From IMG/VR virus record IMGVR_UViG_2537561506_000022, positions 1-37,331 of that record: a stretch of 37,331 bases of DNA. The stretch is one strand, 5' to 3'. A model generated the notes under the pieces. It was not told where the DNA came from and made no database searches. It worked only from the letters and a program-made list of their open reading frames with translations. The translations under genes were made by a program, and so were the position numbers. Source of the DNA: a virus (taxonomy: Duplodnaviria; Heunggongvirae; Uroviricota; Caudoviricetes). The stretch's first letter is position 1; every line of letters starts with the position of its first letter. Shown piece after piece: positions 17,081-26,191 of the stretch.

Positions 17081-17131
17081 CTTCTTTCTCCATTAGTGGG
17101 TCTGTTACGACCCACAGGTTAATAACAGGCG

Positions 17132-18124
17132 TTACACCACGCGGGCTTCTGTTTCCAGAAGCGCATCAGTTTCACGGATTGGTACACCACGGAATGAAGT
17201 CCACCACTCGCCTTCTGTCTCTTTTACGCTGATCGCCAGAGATGTTTTCTCCAGAGATTGCAGATCAAGAGCCTGGCCTACAGTGCGGTTCATGTAGAAC
17301 ACCGGGCGACCCATGCCACGATTTGGAATGCGATGCAGTGCTTTAACCATCAACTTCGCAATATTTGCGGCAGAGGAAGGTTCTGAAAGATTGCTGACAT
17401 CGATGTTTGCAATGCGAACAACATAACGCCAGTCACGCAGAGCAAGTCCGTTGTCCCATTTGTAATGGGTACGGTAGCCTTCGTACTTGCCGCCATTAGC
17501 ATCTTCCAGTGTCACCTGGCCTTTATCTTCCATCTGAATGCCAGCCTTCTGCCCTTTCGGGAAGATGCCATGCACTGTGTTTTCGCCCCACACCACTAAC
17601 CAGATTGAGGTGTTATCTGTACCCGTGCCACCAGCATCAATGATGTTCTGAGCATTACCTGCAGACAGGCTGGAATAGCGGGAGGACAGTCCCATAAACT
17701 GCTGAGGGTTAACGCTGGAATCACCATAAAACAGCGTCTGCGCCATCTGCTGATTCATCGCTTCAATAAATGCGCGGTCTTCAGACAGGCGGAATTCGGC
17801 GGTATTGCCGTTCAGATCAGCCAGTGACTTATCGACTTCAGCATAGGTTTCCAGCATGCCAACGGAATCGGTTACCTGCACTGTGGTTGATTTGCTTGGC
17901 TGTACGCCATAGTTCAGCAAACGCCAGGTAGCTGAAGGTAAACCAGAACGAATGGTGGTTCGGTGTCCGGTAGGAAGGTTCCCTTCGACAAAAGGCATAT
18001 CCTGAAGGATCGGGTTAGTTTGACCGAGAAGCTCGATAATCTTATCGACTTTCCCGTTTGGATCGACGCGCTTACCCCAGTCAGCCAGCGTTAGCGCAGT
18101 TAAGCCTTTAACAGCCATTGTCAT
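17132..18124 (-). CDS. Major capsid protein
   Basis: 330-aa ORF immediately after the scaffold gene in portal-scaffold-capsid order. Confidence 0.8.
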   Translation of the reverse strand: MTMAVKGLTALTLADWGKRVDPNGKVDKIIELLGQTNPILQDMPFVEGNLPTGHRTTIRSGLPSATWRLLNYGVQPSKSTTVQVTDSVGMLETYAEVDKSLADLNGNTAEFRLSEDRAFIEAMNQQMAQTLFYGDSSVNPQQFMGLSSRYSSLSAGNAQNIIDAGGTGTDNTSIWLVVWGENTVHGIFPKGQKAGIQMEDKGQVTLEDANGGKYEGYRTHYKWDNGLALRDWRYVVRIANIDVSNLSEPSSAANIAKLMVKALHRIPNRGMGRPVFYMNRTVGQALDLQSLEKTSLAISVKETEGEWWTSFRGVPIRETDALLETEARVV

Positions 18125-18132
18125 TTCCTCTC

Positions 18133-18834
18133 TTATTTGCCATAGAGCACTTCGGCCGCACTACGCTGGCCTTCATTACCACCGGTGACCATGCCATCTT
18201 CAGACATCGCCTTTCCGATTTTCACGAACGTTTTGACCAGATCAGGGTGATTACCCAGTCCGGTGGTGTTCAGATATTCTTTGAGTTCAGGTGTCCCGAA
18301 CTGGTCAAGCGCACGCTGTGCGGCGCTAAGGTTAGAAATCAACTTGTCGCCACCGATTTCTTTGTCAGCTTTTACATCAGCAGCCCACTGCTCGGTTGTT
18401 TTCTGCCAGGCTTCTGCCTGGCGCTGCTGCACACCTGCCAGAATCTTCGGATAAACATCAACCAGCTTTTGCGCTTGCTCGTTGGTCAGGTTAAGTTCTC
18501 GCGCCACCGGCTCGAACTCCTTCAACGCTTCTGTATCCAGCTCTACGCCTTCGGCAGCCTGAAACTCGTACTTCTCAGGCGCACCCTCTGGTTTATCGCC
18601 GTCCTTTTTTTCATCCTGCTTATCGTTTTCAGGCTTTTTGTCATCAGCAGGTTTATCGCCATCAGCAACAGGTTGTGGCTTATCACCTTCCTGTTGTGAT
18701 GGATCACCAACTGGAGCAGGGTTATCACCTGCAGGCGCTGACGGTTCTGACGCAGCCGGAGCTGCTCCACCATCGACTGGTTGCTCATTGCAAAGACGGC
18801 GATACAGCAAACGCTCAAATAAATTCATGATCAC
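18133..18834 (-). CDS. Scaffolding protein
   Basis: Highly acidic, Pro/Asp/Lys-rich low-complexity N-terminal half; position between portal and capsid (T7 gp9-like). Confidence 0.65.
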   Translation of the reverse strand: MIMNLFERLLYRRLCNEQPVDGGAAPAASEPSAPAGDNPAPVGDPSQQEGDKPQPVADGDKPADDKKPENDKQDEKKDGDKPEGAPEKYEFQAAEGVELDTEALKEFEPVARELNLTNEQAQKLVDVYPKILAGVQQRQAEAWQKTTEQWAADVKADKEIGGDKLISNLSAAQRALDQFGTPELKEYLNTTGLGNHPDLVKTFVKIGKAMSEDGMVTGGNEGQRSAAEVLYGK

Positions 18835-19127
18835 TCCTGTTCACTGGCCTCTTTGGCCATCTTCAAATACTGTTCAGGGCAATGAGCCATAACGCGCTGA
18901 AACAGTTCCAGCGCCAGATTGCGTTGCCCCTCATTAAATGCCATTGCCATAGCATCCATCGGAGAGATAGCGGAAAACACCCGGCCTTTCTCCAGCACAG
19001 ACCAGACAACGCGACGCCCCTGTTCACTGCTCATGACAAAGCGAATGTCATCAATTTCACGCTGTGCCATGTCACGTTGCTTACGGGCGTTTTCTTCTTT
19101 CAGTTGATCGTCTTCGTAATCTGTCAT
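18831..19127 (-). CDS. Hypothetical head-module protein
   Basis: 98-aa charged ORF translationally coupled between portal and scaffold genes. Confidence 0.5.
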   Translation of the reverse strand: MTDYEDDQLKEENARKQRDMAQREIDDIRFVMSSEQGRRVVWSVLEKGRVFSAISPMDAMAMAFNEGQRNLALELFQRVMAHCPEQYLKMAKEASEQE

Positions 19128-20803
19128 TGTGATTGCCCACCCTGACCACTAACTGCATTCGCCATAGCTGACAAAACACTCGGATCCGAAGTTTTAGCTT
19201 CGCTTAGCGTCTTGGCACCCTGTGCCGCCGCCATCCCCATCGCCATCATTTGTTGCTGCTGTTGCTGCTGTGCCCGTTGCTGGCGAGCCTGATCAACCTG
19301 TTCCTGCGGAACAATGACGGTTGGAGACACTCCGGACATATCAGCGAATGCATCGATCGCCTGATCAACGTTGAGTTTGTCGAGAGCTTCTGGTTTCGCT
19401 TGCGCAAGTTGACCAATGAAGTTAACCGTGGACGCCAGACTGGACAGGCCGATAGACTTCTGCGCCTGAGCCATGACGGAAATGTATTCGACCTTCAGGG
19501 GCATGCCTTCCATCGCGTCAGGCGGTGGCGGCAGCATGTTTTTACGCACCATCATCGAGAAAGCGCGGTCAATGAGAGGATTAAGACATTCGTCGTTCAG
19601 ACGCTCCAGAACCGGCCCCAACATCAGAAGTTTTTCTTCTTTCATTTCGATCACCGCTTCAACAGGCATCGAGCGGGTATTGATGTTCTGCAACATCATG
19701 AACAGATCGACAAAGTAGGCGCTGTTAATGATTTGACGAGTGTCCTGAATGTCTGCTACCAGATCTGCTGTACTGGGGTTAACCAGATAAGCAGGCCTGA
19801 AACCATCCTGACCAGTAATCTGATCGATATACGTGATGTCGCCAGGAAGAAGGGAGGCGCGCTGATTCTTGAGGGAAGTCGGAGCAACCATCGGCGGATT
19901 GGTGGCTTTATCAATCAACTGCGACTTGCGCTTCTGAAGAAGCTGCAATGCCTTAACAGGTCCAAGCGCCAGCATACCCGGGCATGATGATCCATAAACA
20001 TCTTCGCCGTTAACTTCCCAGCGCGGAGCCATAATTGGAAACTCATCGAATCCGGACTCACGCAACAACTTGTCGTTATCGCCGCCAACCTCGTAATAAA
20101 CCGATTTGAATGGCTTGTTCTTGCTATCCAGCTTCGATGTATCGCGGTCAATGTTCGGGTAAACCGAATGCATCACCTCAATCCACTTCTCGTAGGTGCC
20201 AATTTCCCACATGCTTTTTACGTATTCGCTGACGTTATTTAGCCCGAACTCCTGAACAAGCTGACGAACAGTCATAGAGAACTTGCGAAAACAGGTGTCC
20301 ACACTGCCACGAGGTGAGTTAGCCAGGTAGTAACTACCTATCGGGAATGGCATTGTGCGAATGATGTCCTCGTCATCCTCCAGCACCGCCATTGCACCAG
20401 TGCTGTATGTGCCGAGGCTTCCGTATAACTGCGGAAGAGACTGGTAGAGATTCGAATTATTGAACATATCATTCATGCGGTTCTGCACCGCCTCAAGCCA
20501 CAACTTAACAGGGCCATAATCCATCATTTCAGGATCTGGCGTAGCCAGGCGAAACCACGGACGCGCGGGGCTTGTGATGCCTGACATCATGCCGCTGGCG
20601 AGAGTGCGCGCCGCCATAGTCCCGGTCGAATCAATAATGCGTGTATTGCGTCGATCGTTACGGTTGACCTCAGAAGTCAGAAAGCGGGAACCACGCGGGT
20701 TGATGTAATCACTCAACTCGCGCCAGTGCGGCTCGAACGACTGACGCTCGCTTTCAAGTTGTGCGAACTGTTTGTTCAATCGCTCTTTAGTTGTTTCCGC
20801 CAT
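19124..20803 (-). CDS. Portal (head-tail connector) protein, T7 gp8-like
   Basis: 559 aa; Gln/Ala/Met-rich C-terminus (RQQRAQQQQQQQMMAMGMAAAQGA) resembles the T7 gp8 C-terminus. Confidence 0.8.
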   Translation of the reverse strand: MAETTKERLNKQFAQLESERQSFEPHWRELSDYINPRGSRFLTSEVNRNDRRNTRIIDSTGTMAARTLASGMMSGITSPARPWFRLATPDPEMMDYGPVKLWLEAVQNRMNDMFNNSNLYQSLPQLYGSLGTYSTGAMAVLEDDEDIIRTMPFPIGSYYLANSPRGSVDTCFRKFSMTVRQLVQEFGLNNVSEYVKSMWEIGTYEKWIEVMHSVYPNIDRDTSKLDSKNKPFKSVYYEVGGDNDKLLRESGFDEFPIMAPRWEVNGEDVYGSSCPGMLALGPVKALQLLQKRKSQLIDKATNPPMVAPTSLKNQRASLLPGDITYIDQITGQDGFRPAYLVNPSTADLVADIQDTRQIINSAYFVDLFMMLQNINTRSMPVEAVIEMKEEKLLMLGPVLERLNDECLNPLIDRAFSMMVRKNMLPPPPDAMEGMPLKVEYISVMAQAQKSIGLSSLASTVNFIGQLAQAKPEALDKLNVDQAIDAFADMSGVSPTVIVPQEQVDQARQQRAQQQQQQQMMAMGMAAAQGAKTLSEAKTSDPSVLSAMANAVSGQGGQSQ

Positions 20804-20817
20804 TTCAATGACTCCGG

Positions 20818-21024
20818 TTACTGACCAAGCAGCGTTTTACCGCTGGTATTAGCGGTTGATGTGTCGCCCTGAGAACCGGTAAGCAGCGTAGAACTACGAC
20901 CAGCAGCAGCGCGACGGCGACGTGTTTCTTCGTCGCGGGCATCAACAACGGCGGCATCCTGCTCCTGTGGTGCTGCCTGAACTTCTGGTGTTGCAGGCAC
21001 TGATGGTGAGCTACCCATGCACAT
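20818..21024 (-). CDS. Small Ala/Thr/Ser-rich protein upstream of portal
   Basis: ATG with GGAG 8 nt upstream; preferred over the overlapping frame 20805..21044, whose translation is His/Arg/Cys-rich and implausible. Confidence 0.4.
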   Translation of the reverse strand: MCMGSSPSVPATPEVQAAPQEQDAAVVDARDEETRRRRAAAGRSSTLLTGSQGDTSTANTSGKTLLGQ

Positions 21025-21114
21025 ATCAATGACTCCGTACGCAATTAAATTATTACCAATTTAACCACATATGATTTATTTATCGTAGATAGTTGACATT
21101 TAACGCACAAATTA

Positions 21115-21129
21115 TTACCTTTCAGGTAA
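21115..21129. promoter_or_regulatory. Palindrome site d TTACC-TTTCA-GGTAA next to a TTGACA hexamer
   Basis: Perfect copy of the 15-bp palindrome; the surrounding ~70 bp resemble the region around site a (1205..1259). Confidence 0.4.
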
Positions 21130-21451
21130 TCAAAGGGTTCATTCCGGTTATTAACCTGACTGGCTTGTCGTTAAATTGAACAGGTGGAGTGAGCTTTTAT
21201 TTTGAGCAGTACGGCGTATGGCACATGCGCCGATAGCGGTCTGGATACGTTTAAGGGGCACCCTCCCTTGCTCTGGCAAACGAACCAGGTAGCCGGGATG
21301 TGCAAGTCGAGCGGTTTTATTCCGCGCACGGGGATTCACCATCCCGGCGATTCGGTGTGACGCCTCGGAAGAGACGAGGGTACAACGATGAGAGCATTTA
21401 TGGAGCCGCGACAAAGTGTGGCGCCTTAACAGGCTAAGTGCTCTCAGCGTT

Positions 21452-21528
21452 GTGGCATTAGCTCAGTTGGACAGAGCAACCGCCTTCTAAGCGGTTGGTC
21501 GCAGGTTCGAATCCTGCATGCCACGCCA
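21452..21528 (+). tRNA. tRNA-Arg (anticodon UCU), phage-borne
   Basis: 77-nt cloverleaf read by eye: acceptor GTGGCAT/ATGCCAC, D-arm AGCTC...GAGC, anticodon stem ACCGC/GCGGT with loop CTTCTAA, T-arm GCAGGTTCGAATCCTGC, discriminator G and encoded CCA. Confidence 0.9.
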
Positions 21529-21571
21529 GAATCACGCCTAAGGACCGTGATGCCAGAAGTTCCAGGTGCTT

Positions 21572-21614
21572 GGCGGTGATAGTTTCCCTTGAAGGACTAT
21601 CACCGCCCTTTTTA
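21572..21614 (+). terminator. Intrinsic terminator downstream of the tRNA
   Basis: 12-bp stem GGCGGTGATAGT / ACTATCACCGCC followed by CTTTTTAC. Confidence 0.65.
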
Positions 21615-21691
21615 CAGCAGGACGCCATTGCGATGACTTCATGCTGTAAACCCGTACAGCCACGGAAGGCATAACTCATTGCTTCCAGTTC

Positions 21692-21716
21692 GCCCGGTTC
21701 GCCGGGCATTTTTTTA
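21692..21716 (+). terminator. Second intrinsic terminator-like hairpin, ~10 nt before the next gene's RBS
   Basis: GCCCGG-TTCG-CCGGGC followed by ATTTTTTT. Confidence 0.5.
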
Positions 21717-21726
21717 AGGTGAGATT

Positions 21727-22098
21727 ATGAACGACCAGCAAATCGAAAAAGAAATCGTTGAGAAAGGCAAAACGGCACCGCGCGTTACGCCAGACCATAT
21801 CGAAGGCATTATTGCTCAGGAGGCATATTTCACAGCAGAAGATGGTGCCTTTGGCAAAGCCATAAAAGCGAAACATACTGGCGGAGAGGTAAACTACCAG
21901 CCGCACGAATCACTTTCTCTGCTGACGTTCTGCGTCCTGGTGCTGCGCAACGGCTTCACCGTCACCGGAGAGAGTTCCTGTGCAAGTCCGGAAAATTTTG
22001 ATGCAGAAATTGGTCGGAAGATTGCCCGGCAGAATGCTGTAAACAAAATCTGGATGCTCGAAGGTTACTTGCTGAAGCAGAAGTTAAGCGAGCAATAA
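21727..22098 (+). CDS. Phage protein, possibly Gp49/Sf6 gp66-like family
   Basis: 123-aa ORF with AAGGTGAG RBS; family call is from memory of the motif pattern and unverified. Confidence 0.55.
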   Translation: MNDQQIEKEIVEKGKTAPRVTPDHIEGIIAQEAYFTAEDGAFGKAIKAKHTGGEVNYQPHESLSLLTFCVLVLRNGFTVTGESSCASPENFDAEIGRKIARQNAVNKIWMLEGYLLKQKLSEQ

Positions 22099-22118
22099 CA
22101 CCGTGGCATGTCACAAAC

Positions 22119-22146
22119 AGCCAGCCTATGAGCTGGCTTTGTTTTA
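22119..22146 (+). terminator. Intrinsic terminator (AGCCAGC stem plus T-run)
   Basis: AGCCAGC-CTATGA-GCTGGCT followed by TTGTTTTA, between convergent genes. Confidence 0.45.
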
Positions 22147-22188
22147 TCCTCACCAGAGGATATCAACGACATTATCCCCACCAGCGGA

Positions 22189-23664
22189 TTAAGCATAAGG
22201 GTCATAATCCGTTATGGCCCTTCCCTGCTGGCTTTGCTGTCCTGGTATATTTATGCGTTTCGAGACCGGGAAAGCAAACGTCAGCAGTAGCGCATCGCCT
22301 TTACCAGGAGAACGCCCAAGACGCTCTTTGATATCTTCCTTCGGTTCGATAACGATTTTACCGTCCACACGAACTTTGTACTCTGCCGCCGACAGGTCGT
22401 CTGCAGTTTCTTGGTCATCCAGCATGCCGCCCAGCCTCAGCCATGTCTTACATGAGTTGAACATCTCCCCACGCTTGTTAAGCATCTGCGGGTCAGTGGA
22501 CGCACCGCCGAACGGAACAAGTTGCCATGTACGTCCCCAGCCATCACCGATTGACTTCAAACCGGTTCCATAACCGAAGTCGATGAACACCGCGTCAGCC
22601 TGATACTGGTCTTCAAAGTCAGCGATACGCTTCGCCATAATCAGATCGTCGGTGGTCTTGTTACCAGTCCATAGCACCTTACTGTGCAGCCCCTGCCGCA
22701 GGTATATCACAGCGTCATCAACGCCGGAGTATGCCGGGTCAACGCCGATTATCACCGGAGCATGTGCAACCTGCGCAGCGGTTACCACCCGTTTCATTGC
22801 CTCGTCAGTAAGGCCGGTAGGGATAAACTGCAATTCAGATGCATCCGGGAATATGCCGCGCACACGGATTTTAACGAAGTCGCTGTCTTCCCCGTAGTCA
22901 TCAACCCATTTCTGCAACTGCTGTTTGTTAGTGCCTTCCACCGTCCGGCTGTCAATCTGCGCAGTTTTCCAGCGGTGTTTATATTTGCGGAAACATTCGC
23001 GGAAACGCCCGGTGTTACGTGTAGGGTTTCCGAATGCCACCCAGATAATCTCAGTGTCTTCGTCCGTCAGCGCACCCTCTGCTACCTCCCACACCAGATC
23101 GGCAATGTTGGATGCTTCGTCGAATACCACGATGATGCGTTTGCGCTCGTTGTGTAGTCCGGCGAATGCCTCAGTGTTGTGCTCAGACCATGGGATTGCG
23201 TCAGCTCGCCACCGCTTGTCGTGCCCAGGGTCATTGCTGTACATCGCGGTAGCGGTACAGGTAAACCAGTCTTTCGTGATAGCAAGGTTCGACCACTTGA
23301 TAATTTCCGGCCAAGTCTTCGTTCGTAGCTGGTTGTCGGTGTTGGCGGTCACCACGACCTTACAATCCTCGCAAGTGGACATGCCCCAGTCGATCAGCAT
23401 TGAGATGAATGCGGATTTACCAATACCGTGACCAGAAGCACGTGCCAGCATAAGCGGCTGATATCGCGTCTCTGGATTCTGCAGGTGATCACGTATCTCT
23501 CGGAACGCATCGGCCTGCCACTGACGTGGACCGGTGGCATGTGCCAGTTCAGTACCCTCTTCCCCCCACGGGAACGCATAGAGGGCATAGCCAAGCGGAT
23601 CGTGAGTGAACCCTGCAATATCCTCGATTAACTGCTCTTCAGGAGATAACGCTGTATCTGTCAC
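22189..23664 (-). CDS. Terminase large subunit
   Basis: 491 aa; Walker-A-like ASGHGIGKS; adjacent to and coupled with the small-subunit gene upstream of portal. Confidence 0.85.
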   Translation of the reverse strand: MTDTALSPEEQLIEDIAGFTHDPLGYALYAFPWGEEGTELAHATGPRQWQADAFREIRDHLQNPETRYQPLMLARASGHGIGKSAFISMLIDWGMSTCEDCKVVVTANTDNQLRTKTWPEIIKWSNLAITKDWFTCTATAMYSNDPGHDKRWRADAIPWSEHNTEAFAGLHNERKRIIVVFDEASNIADLVWEVAEGALTDEDTEIIWVAFGNPTRNTGRFRECFRKYKHRWKTAQIDSRTVEGTNKQQLQKWVDDYGEDSDFVKIRVRGIFPDASELQFIPTGLTDEAMKRVVTAAQVAHAPVIIGVDPAYSGVDDAVIYLRQGLHSKVLWTGNKTTDDLIMAKRIADFEDQYQADAVFIDFGYGTGLKSIGDGWGRTWQLVPFGGASTDPQMLNKRGEMFNSCKTWLRLGGMLDDQETADDLSAAEYKVRVDGKIVIEPKEDIKERLGRSPGKGDALLLTFAFPVSKRINIPGQQSQQGRAITDYDPYA

Positions 23665-24257
23665 TGATTGCCATCCTGACGTTCTTTCAGTCTCTTCCTG
23701 GCTGCCGCTATGCGATCAGCAATTGTCACATTCACATTAACATCCAGGCGTTCTTTGAATGCGTTGACGTCGACGTGCTTACCAATCAGTTCGAGGTTCT
23801 TCACCTTGTCAGGCCATTTAATTTTTTTGAGGATTGTCTCTATCGAATCCTCGTTCATGTTCATGATGGTCGATGACAGATCAAAGCCACTAAGCGTAGT
23901 GCGCCAGATTTTCGGCCACTCACGGATTGGTTTAAGGCTCCCATCGTCGTTGAGGATATCGATCACGTCCATCTGGTCGATCTCCACCAGGCGCATGAGA
24001 ACGTAATCAGCACTGACGCGCATTCGTTTGTTGCGCTCCTCCATCAACTCGGCAATCCGTTTTTGAATGCGTTCATCGCGCATCATGACACTGGCTTTAA
24101 CTGCCGCTGTATTTGGGGAGAATCCTGCGTTAATCGCTGCCTGAGTCTGGTTTTCAGGCGTTTTGATGTATGACTGGCAATAAGCCTCCTGCATTGCTGT
24201 TAGTGGCTTAAATTGCGTTGATTTGCGTTTATAGGTTTTAGGTTCAGCAGGCATCAT
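23661..24257 (-). CDS. Terminase small subunit
   Basis: ATG-ATG at 24252..24257 (reverse) is the likely start (track ORF extends to a TTG at 24335); directly precedes the large subunit. Confidence 0.65.
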   Translation of the reverse strand: MMPAEPKTYKRKSTQFKPLTAMQEAYCQSYIKTPENQTQAAINAGFSPNTAAVKASVMMRDERIQKRIAELMEERNKRMRVSADYVLMRLVEIDQMDVIDILNDDGSLKPIREWPKIWRTTLSGFDLSSTIMNMNEDSIETILKKIKWPDKVKNLELIGKHVDVNAFKERLDVNVNVTIADRIAAARKRLKERQDGNQ

Positions 24258-24274
24258 AACCACCGTGGTAATAG

Positions 24275-24289
24275 TTACCGTTGTGGTAA
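24275..24289. promoter_or_regulatory. Palindrome site m TTACC-GTTGT-GGTAA plus adjacent near-copy, within an 11-bp direct repeat upstream of the terminase small-subunit gene
   Basis: Perfect 15-bp family member; near-copy TAACC-ACCGT-GGTAA at 24258..24272; direct repeat GTGGTAATAGT at 24265 and 24283. Confidence 0.4.
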
Positions 24290-24367
24290 TAGTACCATGC
24301 AAAATAAAGCCGCCATAGTTGGCGGCAGTATTCAAAACACATCAAATTCATCATGCATAATCCACTC

Positions 24368-24379
24368 GTGACATGTCAC
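24368..24379. promoter_or_regulatory. 12-bp perfect palindrome GTGACATGTCAC (copy 2)
   Basis: Identical to 3631..3642; located at the stop codon of ORF 24376, upstream of the terminase genes. Confidence 0.3.
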
Positions 24380-24714
24380 ACTATTAATTTCGTTTCATGC
24401 CAGCCTTTAGTCACCCAGCATTGCGAGTCACCATTGCACGGGCATGAATTAACTGGAACTCTCTCGCCGCACTTACCGCAACGTTTTCTGCTGATCGATT
24501 TTATACGCCCGCGCACGCGTGCATCATCCTGGCGGATCAGTAACGCTATATACTCACCAAATTCGTAAGGCGCACGCCCGGGGCGACGCGTGGCACAGTT
24601 ACGCTCCAGCATTTCAATTTCCTGAGCATCAAGCACAATTTCCAGCTTACGCACACCAGATGCAGCTTGTCTGGCTCTCTGAGCGGCTTTGCGCTCTGCT
24701 GCTGATTTAGCCAT
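24376..24714 (-). CDS. Hypothetical protein with C-terminal Cys cluster (CGKCG...CPC...C)
   Basis: ATG at 24712..24714 (reverse), overlapping the stop of the upstream gene by 8 nt. Confidence 0.5.
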   Translation of the reverse strand: MAKSAAERKAAQRARQAASGVRKLEIVLDAQEIEMLERNCATRRPGRAPYEFGEYIALLIRQDDARVRGRIKSISRKRCGKCGERVPVNSCPCNGDSQCWVTKGWHETKLIV

Positions 24715-24988
24715 CAATATTTACCTTTATCGCGAACACCTTTACCGGTTTATCACCGAAGTGGGGATGTGTGATTGTCTTGATTTCATATCCGTCATAC
24801 GGGACGTTAATTCTGCGGCTGGAGTCGTCGCGCTTCGGATATCCCTTTGTGATAATCAGACGGTCATACTTACGGTTAACGAGGCGCTTTTTCCAGTAGT
24901 CATTACACAGGCGATACTCTTCCGTTTTCTCTCCGCGAATCATGGCATCGAAGTATTCACCTTTGACGGCAAGTTGCAGGTTAGCCAT
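24707..24988 (-). CDS. Small ASCH-like (PUA-fold) protein
   Basis: ATG at 24986..24988 (reverse) with AGGAGG 6 nt upstream; IRGEKTEEYR matches the ASCH G-x-K-x-x-E-x-R motif; track ORF has a longer implausible N-terminus. Confidence 0.45.
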   Translation of the reverse strand: MANLQLAVKGEYFDAMIRGEKTEEYRLCNDYWKKRLVNRKYDRLIITKGYPKRDDSSRRINVPYDGYEIKTITHPHFGDKPVKVFAIKVNIDG

Positions 24989-25574
24989 GGTTAACCTCCT
25001 GCGGCGGTGCTGCTGGCATTTCACGCCAGTGCGTAACTGAGTGCGGATCCGGATATTCGGTGCCATCATCCCAGCGATTGCCATTCCACATTGCAGACCA
25101 CATCTCACCGTCTTCATACATGACCATTACCGGAATTAACTTATCCGGCATTCGCTCACTACAGCATATCCAACCATCCGGAGTTACCGGAGAGTTGCCC
25201 GATAGCGCATTACGCAATCGCTCCAGCTTCACGTATTCCTGAACCCTGTTTCCGTCGCATGCCTGAAGCCATTGCGCAGCCTTTTGCGCATCAGTGTGAA
25301 AGGCACAAGTGCGACCGTCATCAAATTGCATTTCGTAGAGGTCAGCAACTTGTTCAAACTGCGTATGTTGTGACTTGTAAGTTTGGCTTACAGGTTCGGC
25401 ACCATGAAGCATGGCGGCGCGGAGTTTCTGTATCTCCCGTGCCATTATTGCGGCCTGACGAGGAGTGAACATATCACCTGCAATAATTCTGTTTAGTTCC
25501 TCGTCAGTGAACTCATAATCATCAGGAACATTGTGAACCTCAGCATAAAGAGGCTTTTTTGTAGAAATGGTCAT
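24981..25574 (-). CDS. DUF551-like phage protein
   Basis: 197 aa; C-terminal HWREMPAAP resembles the DUF551 hallmark. Confidence 0.55.
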   Translation of the reverse strand: MTISTKKPLYAEVHNVPDDYEFTDEELNRIIAGDMFTPRQAAIMAREIQKLRAAMLHGAEPVSQTYKSQHTQFEQVADLYEMQFDDGRTCAFHTDAQKAAQWLQACDGNRVQEYVKLERLRNALSGNSPVTPDGWICCSERMPDKLIPVMVMYEDGEMWSAMWNGNRWDDGTEYPDPHSVTHWREMPAAPPQEVNHG

Positions 25575-26188
25575 CGTAAAACATCCTCCGCACTTACCAG
25601 TCCGTTTCGCAAAAGATAATCCATCGCCCTATCAGGTAATTTGCAATCAGGTTTTGCTTTTTTCAGTTGGCTGACCAATTGTTTAACCAGCATTGTTAAT
25701 TCGATCACCTGGTAGCGCGGCAATGGTGAATTATCGGATTTGCCCTGACTGTCATCACTGCATGAATGCCCTTCCAGCCAGGCCAATGCTTGTCGCATGA
25801 AATACGCAATATGTTTGCCGTGGTAATCGTCTTCATCGATGTGAAAAGCGATACTGCGGATGTATTCTATTGCATTTTCAATGGCCTCCAACGCTATCGG
25901 CGCTGGCGGTGCGGTATAAAACTTCGTCCCCAGCGGCAACAACTTCATCGCTTTTTCTCCCTTAATGATGCGATAAGTTGATTTCCCGCCAAGGTCTACC
26001 GTTCCATCCATAACAAGGCCGAGTCGCTTCTCTGAAACCTCACCAATAGGCTCTGCTTCCAGCGATGCCAGAGCAATTCGTGCCAGTTCTTCCGCTTCTT
26101 CTGCTGGCAGTACAACGTTGCTACCAGGTCCGTATGTTTCGCGCCACTGCTTGATTGTCAGTAGTCGCTCTTTGGTAATAGTGGTCAT
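25571..26188 (-). CDS. Hypothetical phage protein
   Basis: 205-aa ORF in the coupled leftward gene string. Confidence 0.55.
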   Translation of the reverse strand: MTTITKERLLTIKQWRETYGPGSNVVLPAEEAEELARIALASLEAEPIGEVSEKRLGLVMDGTVDLGGKSTYRIIKGEKAMKLLPLGTKFYTAPPAPIALEAIENAIEYIRSIAFHIDEDDYHGKHIAYFMRQALAWLEGHSCSDDSQGKSDNSPLPRYQVIELTMLVKQLVSQLKKAKPDCKLPDRAMDYLLRNGLVSAEDVLR

Positions 26189-26191
26189 GGG

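Noticed and set aside
20805-21044. 79-aa minus-strand ORF upstream of portal
   Set aside because: His/Arg/Cys-rich translation; the overlapping frame 20818..21024 has a GGAG RBS and a more plausible composition.
21151-21414. 87-aa minus-strand ORF in the tRNA leader
   Set aside because: Arg-rich, no RBS, opposite to the tRNA; region treated as non-coding leader. A retron msr/msd was considered but there is no reverse transcriptase gene.
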